62,268 bases of DNA, filler included, from 7 parts of 7 records of this genome joined end to end with filler, not necessarily neighbours in it, one strand, 5' to 3'. Shown: positions 1 to 10,183, numbered from the whole stretch's first letter. Program-made: numbers and translations. Notes: generated by a model not told the origin, from the sequence alone.

Positions 1-507
1 TGTCCTTTATAAGGGGGGGGGGTAGTCCAAGATTATTGCAAACCATTAGGCCTTCTCCGTAATATTACACAGTTCTTATTCTGAATAACATGTAGCTACT
101 ATATGATATCCAGAAGGCTTTCGTTACCCACAACCAAACTTTCTTTCGATACACCCTGACCACAAAAATTGCAAGGAGACCTCCTCCCAAAAACGTATTT
201 ACAACTTTTCACATTCGACACCCCCTCCATAAACCCCTAACATCATTGATGTTTTTTCACGAAAGGAGATTTCCATGTCACAATCTTTAATTTTTATGAT
301 CTCAGCCAGTTATATATCGGTTACTAAAAGCAACCTTTTAATACGCGTCATTTCAATCCAGTATTTTTGCGAGGTTCGACAAGAAACTGAATCATCCAGT
401 TATATAAGATTGTCGATCCATAATCATCCTCAAACTAGGATGATGCCATCTCAAAATAAAGTCTGATCCTTTAAAGAGTATCTTCCCTATCTATGGCTGG
501 GGTGAAA

Positions 508-676
508 TGCGTACATTTTGCGTACATTGAATGATAAGTCGTTGTTTTTATTAATCGTGCGACACTCTTCGTAATAAGCAAGCCAGCGGTTCGACTCGGC
601 TCATCGACTCCGCTCCCCTAAAGACATGCATTATAGCCTTTGTTATCCCCATTGGTACAAAAATGAGGTACACAAA
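508..676 (+). mobile_element. att-like junction of an integrative element: degenerate 3' half of tRNA-Thr(CGU) (568-612) flanked by arm-type direct repeats and an IHF-like site
   Basis: 568-612 reads TTCGTAA-TAAGC-AAGCC-AGCGG-TTCGACT-CGGCT-CATCGAC-T-CCG, in register with anticodon loop (CGT), variable loop, T-arm and acceptor 3' strand; no 5' half. TGCGTACATT x2 at 508/519, GGTACA(A/C)AAA x2 at 654/667, and TAAGTCGTTGTTT (535-547) is one mismatch from the IHF consensus. Confidence 0.7.
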
Positions 677-694
677 AACAAAGGATTCCACACA

Positions 695-916
695 TTGGCC
701 CCAGCGCCCCATCCCATCCTGAGACCTTCGGGTTATTATTTTCGTTTTGTTGTTCCGGTAAATTTGCGTTCGGCGTTCTCCAAGCGTGAACTCAAGTTTT
801 CCCTCAAAGTTACTTTTGGAATCTATGTCAAGCGAGGGGCCGCAAGGGAACTGTACGATAAACTGGTGAAGCTTCAGCTCCTGAAGAGTTCTAAGCGGGT
901 TCGGCCTGGGCCATGA
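695..916 (+). pseudogene. Truncated tyrosine-integrase N-terminus (DUF6538-like arm-binding domain) fused to an unrelated tail
   Basis: TTG start after AAGGA. The peptide APHPILRPSGYYFRFVVPVNLRSAFSKRELKFSLK fits the YxFRxxVPxxL...ELxxSL pattern. It stops after 73 aa with no catalytic domain and lies beside the att-like site. Confidence 0.65.
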
Positions 917-1042
917 CAAGGCACGGGGGATCTACCGGTCAAGTTTCGTGAATTTAATTTGTATCAGCTTATTGGATATTGTATCATATAAAATCTTGTA
1001 TCCCTCTTTAATTCATCCGGTCGTTTTTTATAAGGAGAGAAT

Positions 1043-1351
1043 ATGCTTGCAAATTATTACAAAGCTACAGTTCCCAAAAAAAATTTAGGCCAAGCAATTC
1101 CACAAATGTGTAAAGTTCAAATTCATTTTATGGAAAATGTTGATGGATGCCTTAAATTTCAATTTAGCCAGGATCTGGAAGACCAATCCATAATATATTT
1201 ATTTGTTATCTGGAAGAATAGAGAACTATATGAGGCGAATCTTAATTCAGAATACCAAGAAACGGAAATATTTAAAGATTTTATGAAACATAAAGCAGCA
1301 ATAGTTTCGGCAGAACAATTTACCATTTCAGAAAGTATAAATGTTGCCTGA
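1043..1351 (+). CDS. Small AT-rich protein, possibly ABM (antibiotic biosynthesis monooxygenase)-like fold
   Basis: Strong RBS AAGGAG; 102 aa; GCLKFQFSQDLEDQSIIYLFVIW resembles the ABM GCxxFxxxxDxxDxxxxxxxExW pattern. Confidence 0.5.
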   Translation: MLANYYKATVPKKNLGQAIPQMCKVQIHFMENVDGCLKFQFSQDLEDQSIIYLFVIWKNRELYEANLNSEYQETEIFKDFMKHKAAIVSAEQFTISESINVA

Positions 1352-1635
1352 ATTACTGAAAATTAGCCGGCACGGCAGATATGCCGGAGTTCCGGTCCCT
1401 TACGGCACCCTGGATGAAATCATGGCACGTCACGGATTCAAATAGGCTCCTGTCTCTAAATCTCAATTTTATGTCATCTCGCTCTATTTCACGCCACCGC
1501 TGACAACTTGACTTGACTTCCGCAATTCGAAGAGATAGGTTCTTTTTTAAGACATTCGGAGTAATAACTTTTTTTATTAACCATAAAAAGGTTATGGCAA
1601 AATGATGTGCATCATGGCCAATAGTTATTGAAAAA

Positions 1636-3078
1636 ATGATCGAATATCCAGATGATCCCATATTCCAGAGGGCGTACGCCCTTGCGATCACAAAGCCTGT
1701 CTGTCGACTGCAGCCCCATCGGGAAACATCTCCATTTTATGGGATCGATCACTTTTCGCTTTTTGTAAATACGATCGAATTCTGCCTTCATTCACTTGCC
1801 CTGGGCAGCCTTGACAGTGAGTTGCAGCGGGAAGACCTGAAGAATAAGGTTTTCAGCCTTATCAATTTTCAGTTTGAGGCACTTAAAAATATAAATCCGA
1901 AAACAAAAATCCCAGGGCCGGGTGAAATCGATAAGTATTCCAACGAATTTATCGATACGCTTTTGAATGTAAAAGAAGGCAAGGAATTTACCGATCGTAT
2001 TTACTCGGGTTCAGACAATCAATTTTATGAAATCCGGTTCCGGCTGTTATACGAACTGGATGCATTTGACGGCTCATTCACCATTCAACCCTCGGTGGAA
2101 TGTATCAATTTGTATCTGCAGGCGCTTTCCCAGCCCCTGATTGACAAAACCATTGCAACACAGGCCATTCTTGAACACCAGATTAAATCAGGAAAGCTGA
2201 CCCAGGCCATTCAGACAGCCGAAGAGCATTATAAAGTAACACTTCAGCAAAAACAGCACCTGATGGAACTCAAGACGAACATCAGCATCAACCTTAAAAG
2301 TGTTCATTGGACCCGGGACATTATACCCCAGGTTGAAGAGGCCGAAGAAAACCTGGCCCTGTTTCTGGATTCTGATAAGCGCATCATTTTTCATATCGAA
2401 AATGATCCCAACCTTGAAGAAGACAGTGTCGAACTGCTGACCTCCATCCGCACAAAGGTCATGGCCTGCGCCAACACGTACAGCCAGCTGCTGACCGAAA
2501 TTACCACCATGGGCTCCCATCTCAGGAAAGCCCAGGATGATCAGGCGTTTATCGATTCGACCCGGTATGAACATCTCCCGAACATTGTCGGAGACATTAT
2601 CCTTCCGATAATGGGCGTTCCTGAAAATTTGATTTCCACGTTGAACGAGAAAATTTACCCGGCAATTATTCCGCCTTCCATATCCTATGTGGATGACCTG
2701 TCCTTCATCGTAAACCGTGCGCTGGTTGAAAGAACCGCGGAGGAAAATGGCGTCCCCGACCAGGACGAATTCCAGGAATTCCTGCGGGAGGAGGAACCGC
2801 TTGTTTCGGAACGGCATCTGTCCGAAATCCTGTCTGTGCTGGATCGTATTTGCGTAACCGAGGAAAGCATACGTCTTTCGAATTTACTTGATCATCTTGT
2901 TGATGAAAGTTATTCCCAAAAAGCGGCCGCCGTCCTGCTTGCACATTTCATATTCCAGGCTCCCGGGAACTACCACGGATTCATCGCACGGAAAACAGAT
3001 ACGACATTTAAATTTGAAAACTTTTCATGCGATGATGTCCTATTGATCCGGTCAACAACAAAAGAGGAAGCGTTATGA
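1636..3078 (+). CDS. Putative kleisin-like subunit (JetA/MksF-like) of a divergent SMC system
   Basis: 480 aa, helical; first gene of a coupled trio ending in an SMC-like ATPase; ATGA overlap with the next gene. Confidence 0.6.
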   Translation: MIEYPDDPIFQRAYALAITKPVCRLQPHRETSPFYGIDHFSLFVNTIEFCLHSLALGSLDSELQREDLKNKVFSLINFQFEALKNINPKTKIPGPGEIDKYSNEFIDTLLNVKEGKEFTDRIYSGSDNQFYEIRFRLLYELDAFDGSFTIQPSVECINLYLQALSQPLIDKTIATQAILEHQIKSGKLTQAIQTAEEHYKVTLQQKQHLMELKTNISINLKSVHWTRDIIPQVEEAEENLALFLDSDKRIIFHIENDPNLEEDSVELLTSIRTKVMACANTYSQLLTEITTMGSHLRKAQDDQAFIDSTRYEHLPNIVGDIILPIMGVPENLISTLNEKIYPAIIPPSISYVDDLSFIVNRALVERTAEENGVPDQDEFQEFLREEEPLVSERHLSEILSVLDRICVTEESIRLSNLLDHLVDESYSQKAAAVLLAHFIFQAPGNYHGFIARKTDTTFKFENFSCDDVLLIRSTTKEEAL

Positions 3079-3788
3079 GTGTTATTGAGGATGCATCATA
3101 CCTTATTACATGCGGTCTTAAACCAAAGCTTGTACCCAATAAGAATCCAAGATACCGCGAGCTTCTGGAACGGTATAATCTGGATGCGGACTTTCAGGGG
3201 GTGGTGGATGAGATTACGGCGGGTCAGGGACTGGTAATTCTTGATTCCTCACGGCTTTTGGTGCTGGGGCTGAAGGACAGGAACAGCCCGTTTGCCCCAA
3301 CGATCCGTGATGTTTTCGGTAATGTCAAACCTGAAGAGCGGATGATGATCGGCATGTCCATTCTTGCCCTGGCAGCCTTTTGCTATCCAACACCCGAAAG
3401 CCTTGATAACCCCCAGGTGATTTATCCTTCATGCTACAATATCCGGGAAAGAATGCGCGAGCTCGTTGAAATGGCCTCCAAGATCGAAACAGACGAGGAA
3501 GTGCCCGGTCTCAGGCAGGTATGGGAAATCATCAAATCCAACGAGCCGATTCAGCGGAAAAACGAGAAGCACATAAGGGGCTCCCTTGCCTGGGCGGTCA
3601 AACAAGCTTTTTCGTTTCTTGAATCACGAAATTTCATTTCCCAGACAAGTGATGAGCAGGAGGGGACATTCGCCACCCGGGAAAAATTCCGGGTCCATGT
3701 TAAAAACATGATGCTCCATCGTTCCTTCCAGGTGGTGCAGGAACTGACCGCCATGGTGCCTTCAAATAAAACAGCCGAGGAGCTTTAA
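3075..3788 (+). CDS. Putative KITE/winged-helix subunit (JetB/MksE-like)
   Basis: 237 aa between the kleisin-like and SMC-like genes; wHTH-like C-terminus (VKQAFSFLESRNFI...GTFATREKFR); TAATG overlap with the next gene. Confidence 0.6.
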   Translation: MSVIEDASYLITCGLKPKLVPNKNPRYRELLERYNLDADFQGVVDEITAGQGLVILDSSRLLVLGLKDRNSPFAPTIRDVFGNVKPEERMMIGMSILALAAFCYPTPESLDNPQVIYPSCYNIRERMRELVEMASKIETDEEVPGLRQVWEIIKSNEPIQRKNEKHIRGSLAWAVKQAFSFLESRNFISQTSDEQEGTFATREKFRVHVKNMMLHRSFQVVQELTAMVPSNKTAEEL

Positions 3789-5492
3789 TGCCATATCTAC
3801 TGAATACATGGTTTTCAAGGGCAGGACATCCGGCTGCACGCTTTTATGATCTGCAGGTTGAATGCTGCAGCCCGGACAATGCGTCGGAGTATACAGACAC
3901 CATTGTCATGGCGGAAAACGGGGTCGGAAAGAGTTCCATCATTCAGCTCATGATTTCGGTTTTCATTCCAAACAAACGCATGATTACCGGCGGAAAAGGG
4001 TTTGATGACGTTCGCGCCCTGGATTCATACTTTAAAACCGGGGAAGTGGCCTGGGTTGTCCTTGAATTCACGGTCGACGACAAACAGGAAGTTTTCTTTG
4101 ACGATAAGCCCACCCGTATTGTCGGGTACATGGCATACAAATCCACGGCCCGGGACGATGCCGGTAATTTTGAATTGAAAAGGCATTTCTTCAGTTTTAA
4201 AACCGGCTCCGGCTTGTCCGTTGATGATATCCCGATGATGGAAAAAATATCATATAATGAGGCGTGTGATTGGGCCAATGGTATTTTAAAGCAGCATCCC
4301 AAGTCAGAACCCTTCAGCCACAAGCGCCAGTCCCAATGGACAAATTTCCTGAAAGATATCAATATTCATCCGGAGCTTATGAAAATGCAGCTTATGATGA
4401 ATAAAAAAGAGTCCAATGCCGATGAAATCTTGAAATTGTCAAATATCAATGAATTCGTCGACCTTGTGCTGACGCCGCTGATCGATCCCGAAAAAACGAG
4501 CTCCCTTCCTGAAACCATCGAAACACACCGCAATGAGCTTGCCAATATTCCGAACCTCCGGAAAGAGCTGGCGTTTCTGACTAAATTGTCCCAGCAGGTT
4601 TCCTTGCTCCAGGAGCCGGGCAGGAATTTAAAGCGTCTTGAAAAAGAGGTTCGCGGGTCAGAAAAAAAAAGGGAGCGGATCGCCGATAAAATATCCAACA
4701 CAGTATCCCACCTGGAAGAAAAGTCCCTGCAAATTAAATCAGATACCCGCACCGCAAAAAATGCAGTAAATACCGCAACAGATGAAATCAAAGGGATAGA
4801 GGCCTCCCTTCTCTGGTTTAAAATGAGGAAACTTCAAATCCTGAAAGAGATTGCCCGGGCAGGCGAAGCCTCGGCAATTAAAATCCTGGAACAGGCCGAA
4901 CATAAGCTCAAACTGCTTGAAGCCGCTTTTTGCCTGGGGGAACTGTTAACGGTCAAAGCCAAAATCCGTTCCATTGATGAGGCGATCGCCAAAGCCGATC
5001 TGCCTGCCAGAACAACGCTTAAGCAACTCCACGGTGTTGGGGCAGCTCTTTATAAGTTATGCGACGAAAGGATCCAGGCGATCAACAGGGAACGGTCTGA
5101 GACTCAAGACAAACTGACACTATTCCGGAAGGAAAAAGAGGCCCTGGTTCGCAAGGAATCCGGTCTGAATAGAGACATGGATCATAACCGGGAAACCATT
5201 TTGAAAATGGAAGAATGGTTGGCAAAGGCCACGCACGAATTCAACCTTCTTGTGGAAACAGGACGGATACTGCCCCAGGAGAATTTTGAAGAAGCCAAAG
5301 AACGGTGTGTCAGTGAAATATCGGACACGAAAAAATCGATTGAAGACAAGACCCGTTCCATGGTGCAATTGGATGAAAAGATAGCAGCTCTTATCAAGGC
5401 GAAATCTGAAAACAAGGTTAAAAAGGAACATTGTAAAAATCAAATTGAGAAAATCAAGGAAGAGATTAAACGTTACAGGGAAAGCCTTGAAA
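3788..5492 (+). CDS. SMC-like ATPase (JetC/MksB-like), 3' truncated by contig end
   Basis: N-terminal Walker A variant AENGVGKSS, Q-loop-like MKMQLMMNKKE, then more than 300 aa of heptad-rich coiled coil; open to the linker. Confidence 0.8.
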
Positions 5493-5592
5493 NNNNNNNN
5501 NNNNNNNNNNNNNNNNNNNNNNNNNNNNNNNNNNNNTTAATTAATTAANNNNNNNNNNNNNNNNNNNNNNNNNNNNNNNNNNNNNNNNNNNN
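5493..5592. other. Artificial contig linker
   Basis: N44-TTAATTAATTAA-N44 (stops in all six frames); composition changes across it. Confidence 0.98.
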
Positions 5593-5593
5593 G

Positions 5594-5821
5594 GACAGCC
5601 TCGAGTTCAAGATGCTCACCGCCGCCATACTGGGGGGGGCCAGCCTCTACGGCGGCAAGGGGTCCATCCTCAATTCGGTGATAGGTCTGATATTTCTGGC
5701 CACCGTGGTGAACGGGATGATCATCTATAACATCGAGCCCCTGTTGCAGCAGTTCGTGGTCGGTCTGATCCTGATCGTCTCCGTCTTCGTCGATACGAAA
5801 CTGAACAAGGAAAAGTCATGA
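5594..5821 (+). CDS. Sugar ABC transporter permease (RbsC family), 5' truncated
   Basis: AAILGGASLYGGKGSI motif; hydrophobic. Confidence 0.9.
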   Translation, partial: DSLEFKMLTAAILGGASLYGGKGSILNSVIGLIFLATVVNGMIIYNIEPLLQQFVVGLILIVSVFVDTKLNKEKS

Positions 5822-6807
5822 AAGCTTTTAATATGAATGAAACCGTCAGGTCCCTGTTCCGGTCAAAGGAGTCGGTCGCGCTGATCCTGGTCCTGTTCAT
5901 GGCGCTGTTTCTGCTGGCCTTTTCGCCCCACTTTCTGGACCCCAATAACCTGGACTCCCTGCAGACCAGCATCGCCCCCAGCGCGATCATCGCCATCGGC
6001 ATGATGCTCCTGCTGGTCCATGGCATGTTCGACCTTTCCGTGGGTTCTGTCATGGCCCTCTGCGGCGTCATCACGGCCATGCTGCTGAGCCGCGGGGCGT
6101 CCGTGCCCCTGGCCATGCTGGCGGGGCTGGGCGCGGGGACCCTGATCGGGCTGTTGAACGGCCTCCTTGTGGCCTGGGCCGGAATCAATCCGCTAATCAC
6201 CACCATAGGGGTGATGTACATGGGGCGTGGGATCTCGGAGATCCTGCTGGTCGGGCAGGGCCGGGAGGGATTCAGAAATTTCGATCAGGCCTTTATCCAG
6301 CTGGGGGTGGGGAAGTTCCTGGGCGTCTACTACATGTTCTGGATCATGATCCTCCTGGTCGTCCTGGCCCAGCTCTATCTGATCTATGTCCCTTCCGGGC
6401 GCCGGCTCTACTGCCTGGGAGGCAACGAGGAAGCCTCCCGCATGCTGGGCATCGGCATCCGCTGGATACGGATCGCCAGCTTTGCCGTCAGCGGATTCCT
6501 GGCCTCCCTGGCGGGGATCCTGTCCACCGCCCGCTTCGAGATGGCCAACCGCTACATGGGGCAGGGGATGCATATGAATATCATCATCAGCTGTCTCATC
6601 GGCGGCGGAAGCATTGCCGGGGGGCAGGGCTCCATATGGGGCGGCCTGCTGGGGGTCAGCTTTATGGCCCTGCTGAACAACGCCTTCAACCTGATGGAGG
6701 TCGCCCCCCACTGGCAGAACGTCGTGGTGGGAACCATATTGGTTCTGGTCGTCGTTTCCGACGGATATGTCTCTATTCGGAAACAGCGGGCTCAGGGACG
6801 GGGCTGA
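5818..6807 (+). CDS. Sugar ABC transporter permease (RbsC family)
   Basis: FDLSVGS, GRRLYCLGGNEEASRMLGI and IGGGSIAGGQGS motifs; multiple TM segments. Confidence 0.92.
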   Translation: MKAFNMNETVRSLFRSKESVALILVLFMALFLLAFSPHFLDPNNLDSLQTSIAPSAIIAIGMMLLLVHGMFDLSVGSVMALCGVITAMLLSRGASVPLAMLAGLGAGTLIGLLNGLLVAWAGINPLITTIGVMYMGRGISEILLVGQGREGFRNFDQAFIQLGVGKFLGVYYMFWIMILLVVLAQLYLIYVPSGRRLYCLGGNEEASRMLGIGIRWIRIASFAVSGFLASLAGILSTARFEMANRYMGQGMHMNIIISCLIGGGSIAGGQGSIWGGLLGVSFMALLNNAFNLMEVAPHWQNVVVGTILVLVVVSDGYVSIRKQRAQGRG

Positions 6808-6818
6808 GGAGAGTCTGT

Positions 6819-7580
6819 ATGAACTACGAACTGAAGAACAAGGTGGCCTTCGTCACCGGCGGTTCCTACGGGCTGGGACGGGGGCTCTGCGAGAACCTTG
6901 CCTCCGAGGGAGCGGATATCGCGGTGAACTACCGGAGCTCCCCCGGCAAGGCCGCCGCCCTTGTGAAGACCCTTGAGGAGAACTACGGCGTACGGGCCAT
7001 AGCCGTGAAGGGCGATGTGAGCCGGGAGGAGGATATCCTGAGGATCTTTTCCGAGATTACCGAGGCATTCGGCCGCCTGGATATTCTGGTCAATAACGCG
7101 GGGGTCTGTCCCCAGTCGGATATCAAGGACATGAGCCTGGATATGTGGCGGAACACGATGAATGTGAATCTGGACGGGATCTTCCTGACAAGCAGGGCCA
7201 TGGTGAACTGGCTCGTCGGCCAGGACCGTCCCGGAAGGATCATCAATATCACCTCCCAGGCGGCCTTCAACGGCTCAGCCACGGGCAAATCGGCCTACGC
7301 CTCCAGCAAGGGAGGGGTGACCTCCTTTACCATATCGCTTGCCAAGGAGGTGGCGGGCTACGGCATCAACGTGAACGCCGTGGCCCCGGGGATGATGCTG
7401 ACCGACATGACCCGGGAGATCCTGGAGACCGATGCCGAGCGCTATGCCTCCACCATCCCCCTGAAGCGGGTGGCCGATATCGACGAGGTGGCCCGGGTGG
7501 TCAGCTTCCTGGCCTCCCGGGGGGGCGACTACATCACCGGAACCACCGTCCATGTGAGCGGCGGCCTGTGCATGCGCTGA
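6819..7580 (+). CDS. SDR-family oxidoreductase (FabG-like)
   Basis: TGGSYGLG, NNAG and YASSK motifs; start reassigned to ATG 6819 after GAGGAG. Confidence 0.92.
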   Translation: MNYELKNKVAFVTGGSYGLGRGLCENLASEGADIAVNYRSSPGKAAALVKTLEENYGVRAIAVKGDVSREEDILRIFSEITEAFGRLDILVNNAGVCPQSDIKDMSLDMWRNTMNVNLDGIFLTSRAMVNWLVGQDRPGRIINITSQAAFNGSATGKSAYASSKGGVTSFTISLAKEVAGYGINVNAVAPGMMLTDMTREILETDAERYASTIPLKRVADIDEVARVVSFLASRGGDYITGTTVHVSGGLCMR

Positions 7581-7614
7581 TTGAGAAGACTGTAAGAGCA
7601 ATGAATGATCAAGG

Positions 7615-8673
7615 ATGGAAGAGATGAAAGAGACAATGAGAGCCGTCGTTTACCACGGCGTGGAGGATATCAGGATTGAGGAGATCCCCGTTCCCCCCTG
7701 CGGAGACGGGGAGATACGCCTGAAGGTGGACGCCTGCGCCGTCTGCGGTACGGACATGAAATCCTACTACTCGGGGAACCCCCGGATCCAGGCCCCCATC
7801 GTAATGGGGCATGAGTTCACGGGAATCGTCGAGACCGTGGGGAAGGATGTGAAGGATTTTGCGATCGACGACAGGATCGTCATGGCCACCTCCGTCTCCT
7901 GCGGGGAGTGCTTCTACTGCAAGCGGGGCAACAACAACCTCTGCGCCGACCTGAAGCCCATGGGTTTCCACTTCCCCGGAGGGATGGCCGAATACGTCGT
8001 CGTCCCCGAGCTGGCCCTTAGGAACGGCCACGCCGTCAAGGTGCCCGAAGGGATTAGGGCGGAGCACGCCGCCCTGGTGGAACCCCTGAGCTGCGCCGTC
8101 AACTCCAATGAGAACAGCGGCACCTCACCCGGGGACACGGTGGTCGTCTCCGGGGCAGGTCCCCTGGGAATACTGAATCTTTGTGTTGCCAGGGCTCTGG
8201 GAGCTGATAAACTGATACTGGCCGAGATCTCCGAACCCCGCCTGAAGCAGGCCGAGGCCTTCGGATTCGACGCCCTGGTCAATCCCCTTGAGACGGACCT
8301 GAAGGAGTTCGTCATGAGGGAGACCGGCGGTACAGGGGCCGATGTGGCCATCGTCGCCGCGCCGGCGGCCCAGCCCCAGGAAGCGGCACTGGATCTGGTG
8401 CGCAAAAGGGGCAGCGTCTGTCTCTTCGCCTCCCTCCCCAGCGGCAAGAGCATGCTGCAGGTGGACAGCCGGACCGTCCATTACGGCGAGATCCGTCTGG
8501 TCGGCACCAGCGACTCCACCCCCGCCCAGGTCAGAACGGCTGTGGAACTGCTGACCCGGCCGGACTTCCCCGGCGACAAGATCGCCAGCCATGTCCTGGA
8601 TCTGGGGGACGTGAAGAAGTCCTTCGAACTGATGAAATCGGGCGAGGCCCTCAGGGTCGTACTGAAGCCATAG
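7615..8673 (+). CDS. Zn-dependent polyol/sugar dehydrogenase (MDR family)
   Basis: CGTD, GHE, structural-Zn CGECFYC...C and GAGPLG motifs. Confidence 0.92.
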   Translation: MEEMKETMRAVVYHGVEDIRIEEIPVPPCGDGEIRLKVDACAVCGTDMKSYYSGNPRIQAPIVMGHEFTGIVETVGKDVKDFAIDDRIVMATSVSCGECFYCKRGNNNLCADLKPMGFHFPGGMAEYVVVPELALRNGHAVKVPEGIRAEHAALVEPLSCAVNSNENSGTSPGDTVVVSGAGPLGILNLCVARALGADKLILAEISEPRLKQAEAFGFDALVNPLETDLKEFVMRETGGTGADVAIVAAPAAQPQEAALDLVRKRGSVCLFASLPSGKSMLQVDSRTVHYGEIRLVGTSDSTPAQVRTAVELLTRPDFPGDKIASHVLDLGDVKKSFELMKSGEALRVVLKP

Positions 8674-8683
8674 GAGGCGTTCC

Positions 8684-10183
8684 ATGTATTTTCTGGGAAT
8701 CGATAACGGCAGCACCATCGCCAAGGCGGGGATCTATGACGAGAGGGGCCGGGAGATAGCCGTTTCCGGCTGCAAGGCCGAGATCGTCAGTCCCCGCGCG
8801 GGCTGGTACGAGCGGGACCTCGACCGTCTGTGGGAGAGCAATGTCCGGGCCGTCAGGGATGCGCTGGAAAAGGCGGGCCTTAGGGGGGCCGATATCACAG
8901 CTGTCTCCCTGACGGGTCACGGAAACGGCCTGATCCTCTGCGACGGGGAGGGCCGGCCCTGCGCTCCCGCCATAGAGGGGGCCGATTCCCGGGCCCTGGA
9001 GTTTGTGGAGCTCTGGAACGGCGACGGTACGTTCGAAAGGATCCTGCCCAAGATCCTGCAGAGGCTCTGGCCGGCCCAACCGGCGGCCCTTCTGGCCTGG
9101 TTCGGGAAGTACCGACCTGAGGTACTGGAGCGGGCGGCCCATGTCTTTATGGTCAAAGACTATATCCGCTTCAGGCTGACGGGCAGGGCGGCCGCAGAGC
9201 TTTCGGATATATCGGCTACCAGCCTGTTCAATGTTCGCGACGGCGTTTACGACGATGAAATCCTCAAGGCCCTGGGCCTGGAGGAGTGCCGCCGGCTTCT
9301 GCCCGAACCCATGGGCTCCACCGACATCGGCGGATCTGTGACTTCACACGCCGCCGCCCTGACCGGACTGGCCGAAGGCGTTCCCGTCGCCGGAGGCGCC
9401 TTCGATATCGACGCCGCCGCTCTGGCAACGGGCGTGATCGACGAGAGCCGGATGAACGTCATCGCCGGTACCTGGTGCAACAACCAGTACGTCAGCTCCG
9501 TTCCCGTAGAGTCGAAGGATCTTTTTATGGTCAGCCGCTTCGCCGATGGGAAGCAGTGGCTGGTCCTGGAGGGGAGCGCCACCTCCGCCAGCAATCTGGA
9601 GTGGTTTGTCAGCGAGTTTATGGAAGAGGAGAGGAAGGCTGCGGAGGCTGAAGGCAAATCGGTCTACCGGATCTGTGACGAGGCGGTGGAGGGGGTCGGC
9701 CCTGAGGAGTCTGAGCTTATCTTCGTCCCCTTCCTCTACGGCTCCAACGCCTCGGCGAAGGCGAAGTCGGTCCTCCTCGGGCTTCAGGGCCATCACAAGA
9801 GGGCCCATGTGATCCGGGCGATCTTCGAGGGAATCGTTTTCTCCCATCGCTCCCATATGGAAAAGCTGATGGAACACCGCGAACTCCCCGAGGCCGCCCG
9901 CATGGCGGGAGGGGCCGTCAACTCCCGGGTCTGGACCCAGCTCTTCGCCGATATCCTGGGGCTGCCCATGGAGATTACCCACGGGAAGGAGCTGGGATGC
10001 CTGGGGGCCGCCCTCTGCGCGGCGGTGGGAACCGGCGCCTACGGATCGATTCCCGAGGCGGTGGAAGGCATGGTGAGGCTGAAAGAGAGGGTGGAGCCCC
10101 ATCCCGCCCTGAAAGAGGAATACGACCGGAAGTACGCCCTGTACAAGAGGGCGATCAAGGTTCTGGACCCTTACTGGGATTAG
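8684..10183 (+). CDS. FGGY-family carbohydrate kinase (L-xylulose kinase-like)
   Basis: LGIDNGST, TGHGNG, IAGTW, PFLYGS and RAIFEG motifs. Confidence 0.92.
   Translation: MYFLGIDNGSTIAKAGIYDERGREIAVSGCKAEIVSPRAGWYERDLDRLWESNVRAVRDALEKAGLRGADITAVSLTGHGNGLILCDGEGRPCAPAIEGADSRALEFVELWNGDGTFERILPKILQRLWPAQPAALLAWFGKYRPEVLERAAHVFMVKDYIRFRLTGRAAAELSDISATSLFNVRDGVYDDEILKALGLEECRRLLPEPMGSTDIGGSVTSHAAALTGLAEGVPVAGGAFDIDAAALATGVIDESRMNVIAGTWCNNQYVSSVPVESKDLFMVSRFADGKQWLVLEGSATSASNLEWFVSEFMEEERKAAEAEGKSVYRICDEAVEGVGPEESELIFVPFLYGSNASAKAKSVLLGLQGHHKRAHVIRAIFEGIVFSHRSHMEKLMEHRELPEAARMAGGAVNSRVWTQLFADILGLPMEITHGKELGCLGAALCAAVGTGAYGSIPEAVEGMVRLKERVEPHPALKEEYDRKYALYKRAIKVLDPYWD

Noticed and set aside
275-466. 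63-aa ORF with a good RBS and a CCAGTTATATA repeat (307, 396)
   Set aside because: No recognisable motif, and two 11-mers are not an array; possibly island debris but unsupported.
568-612. Functional tRNA-Thr gene
   Set aside because: No 5' half or D-arm, a mismatched T-stem and no CCA; treated as an att relic.
4662-4670. A9 tract in the SMC-like gene as a frameshift or phase-variation site
   Set aside because: The frame stays open, and A-runs are expected in Lys/Glu-rich coiled coils.
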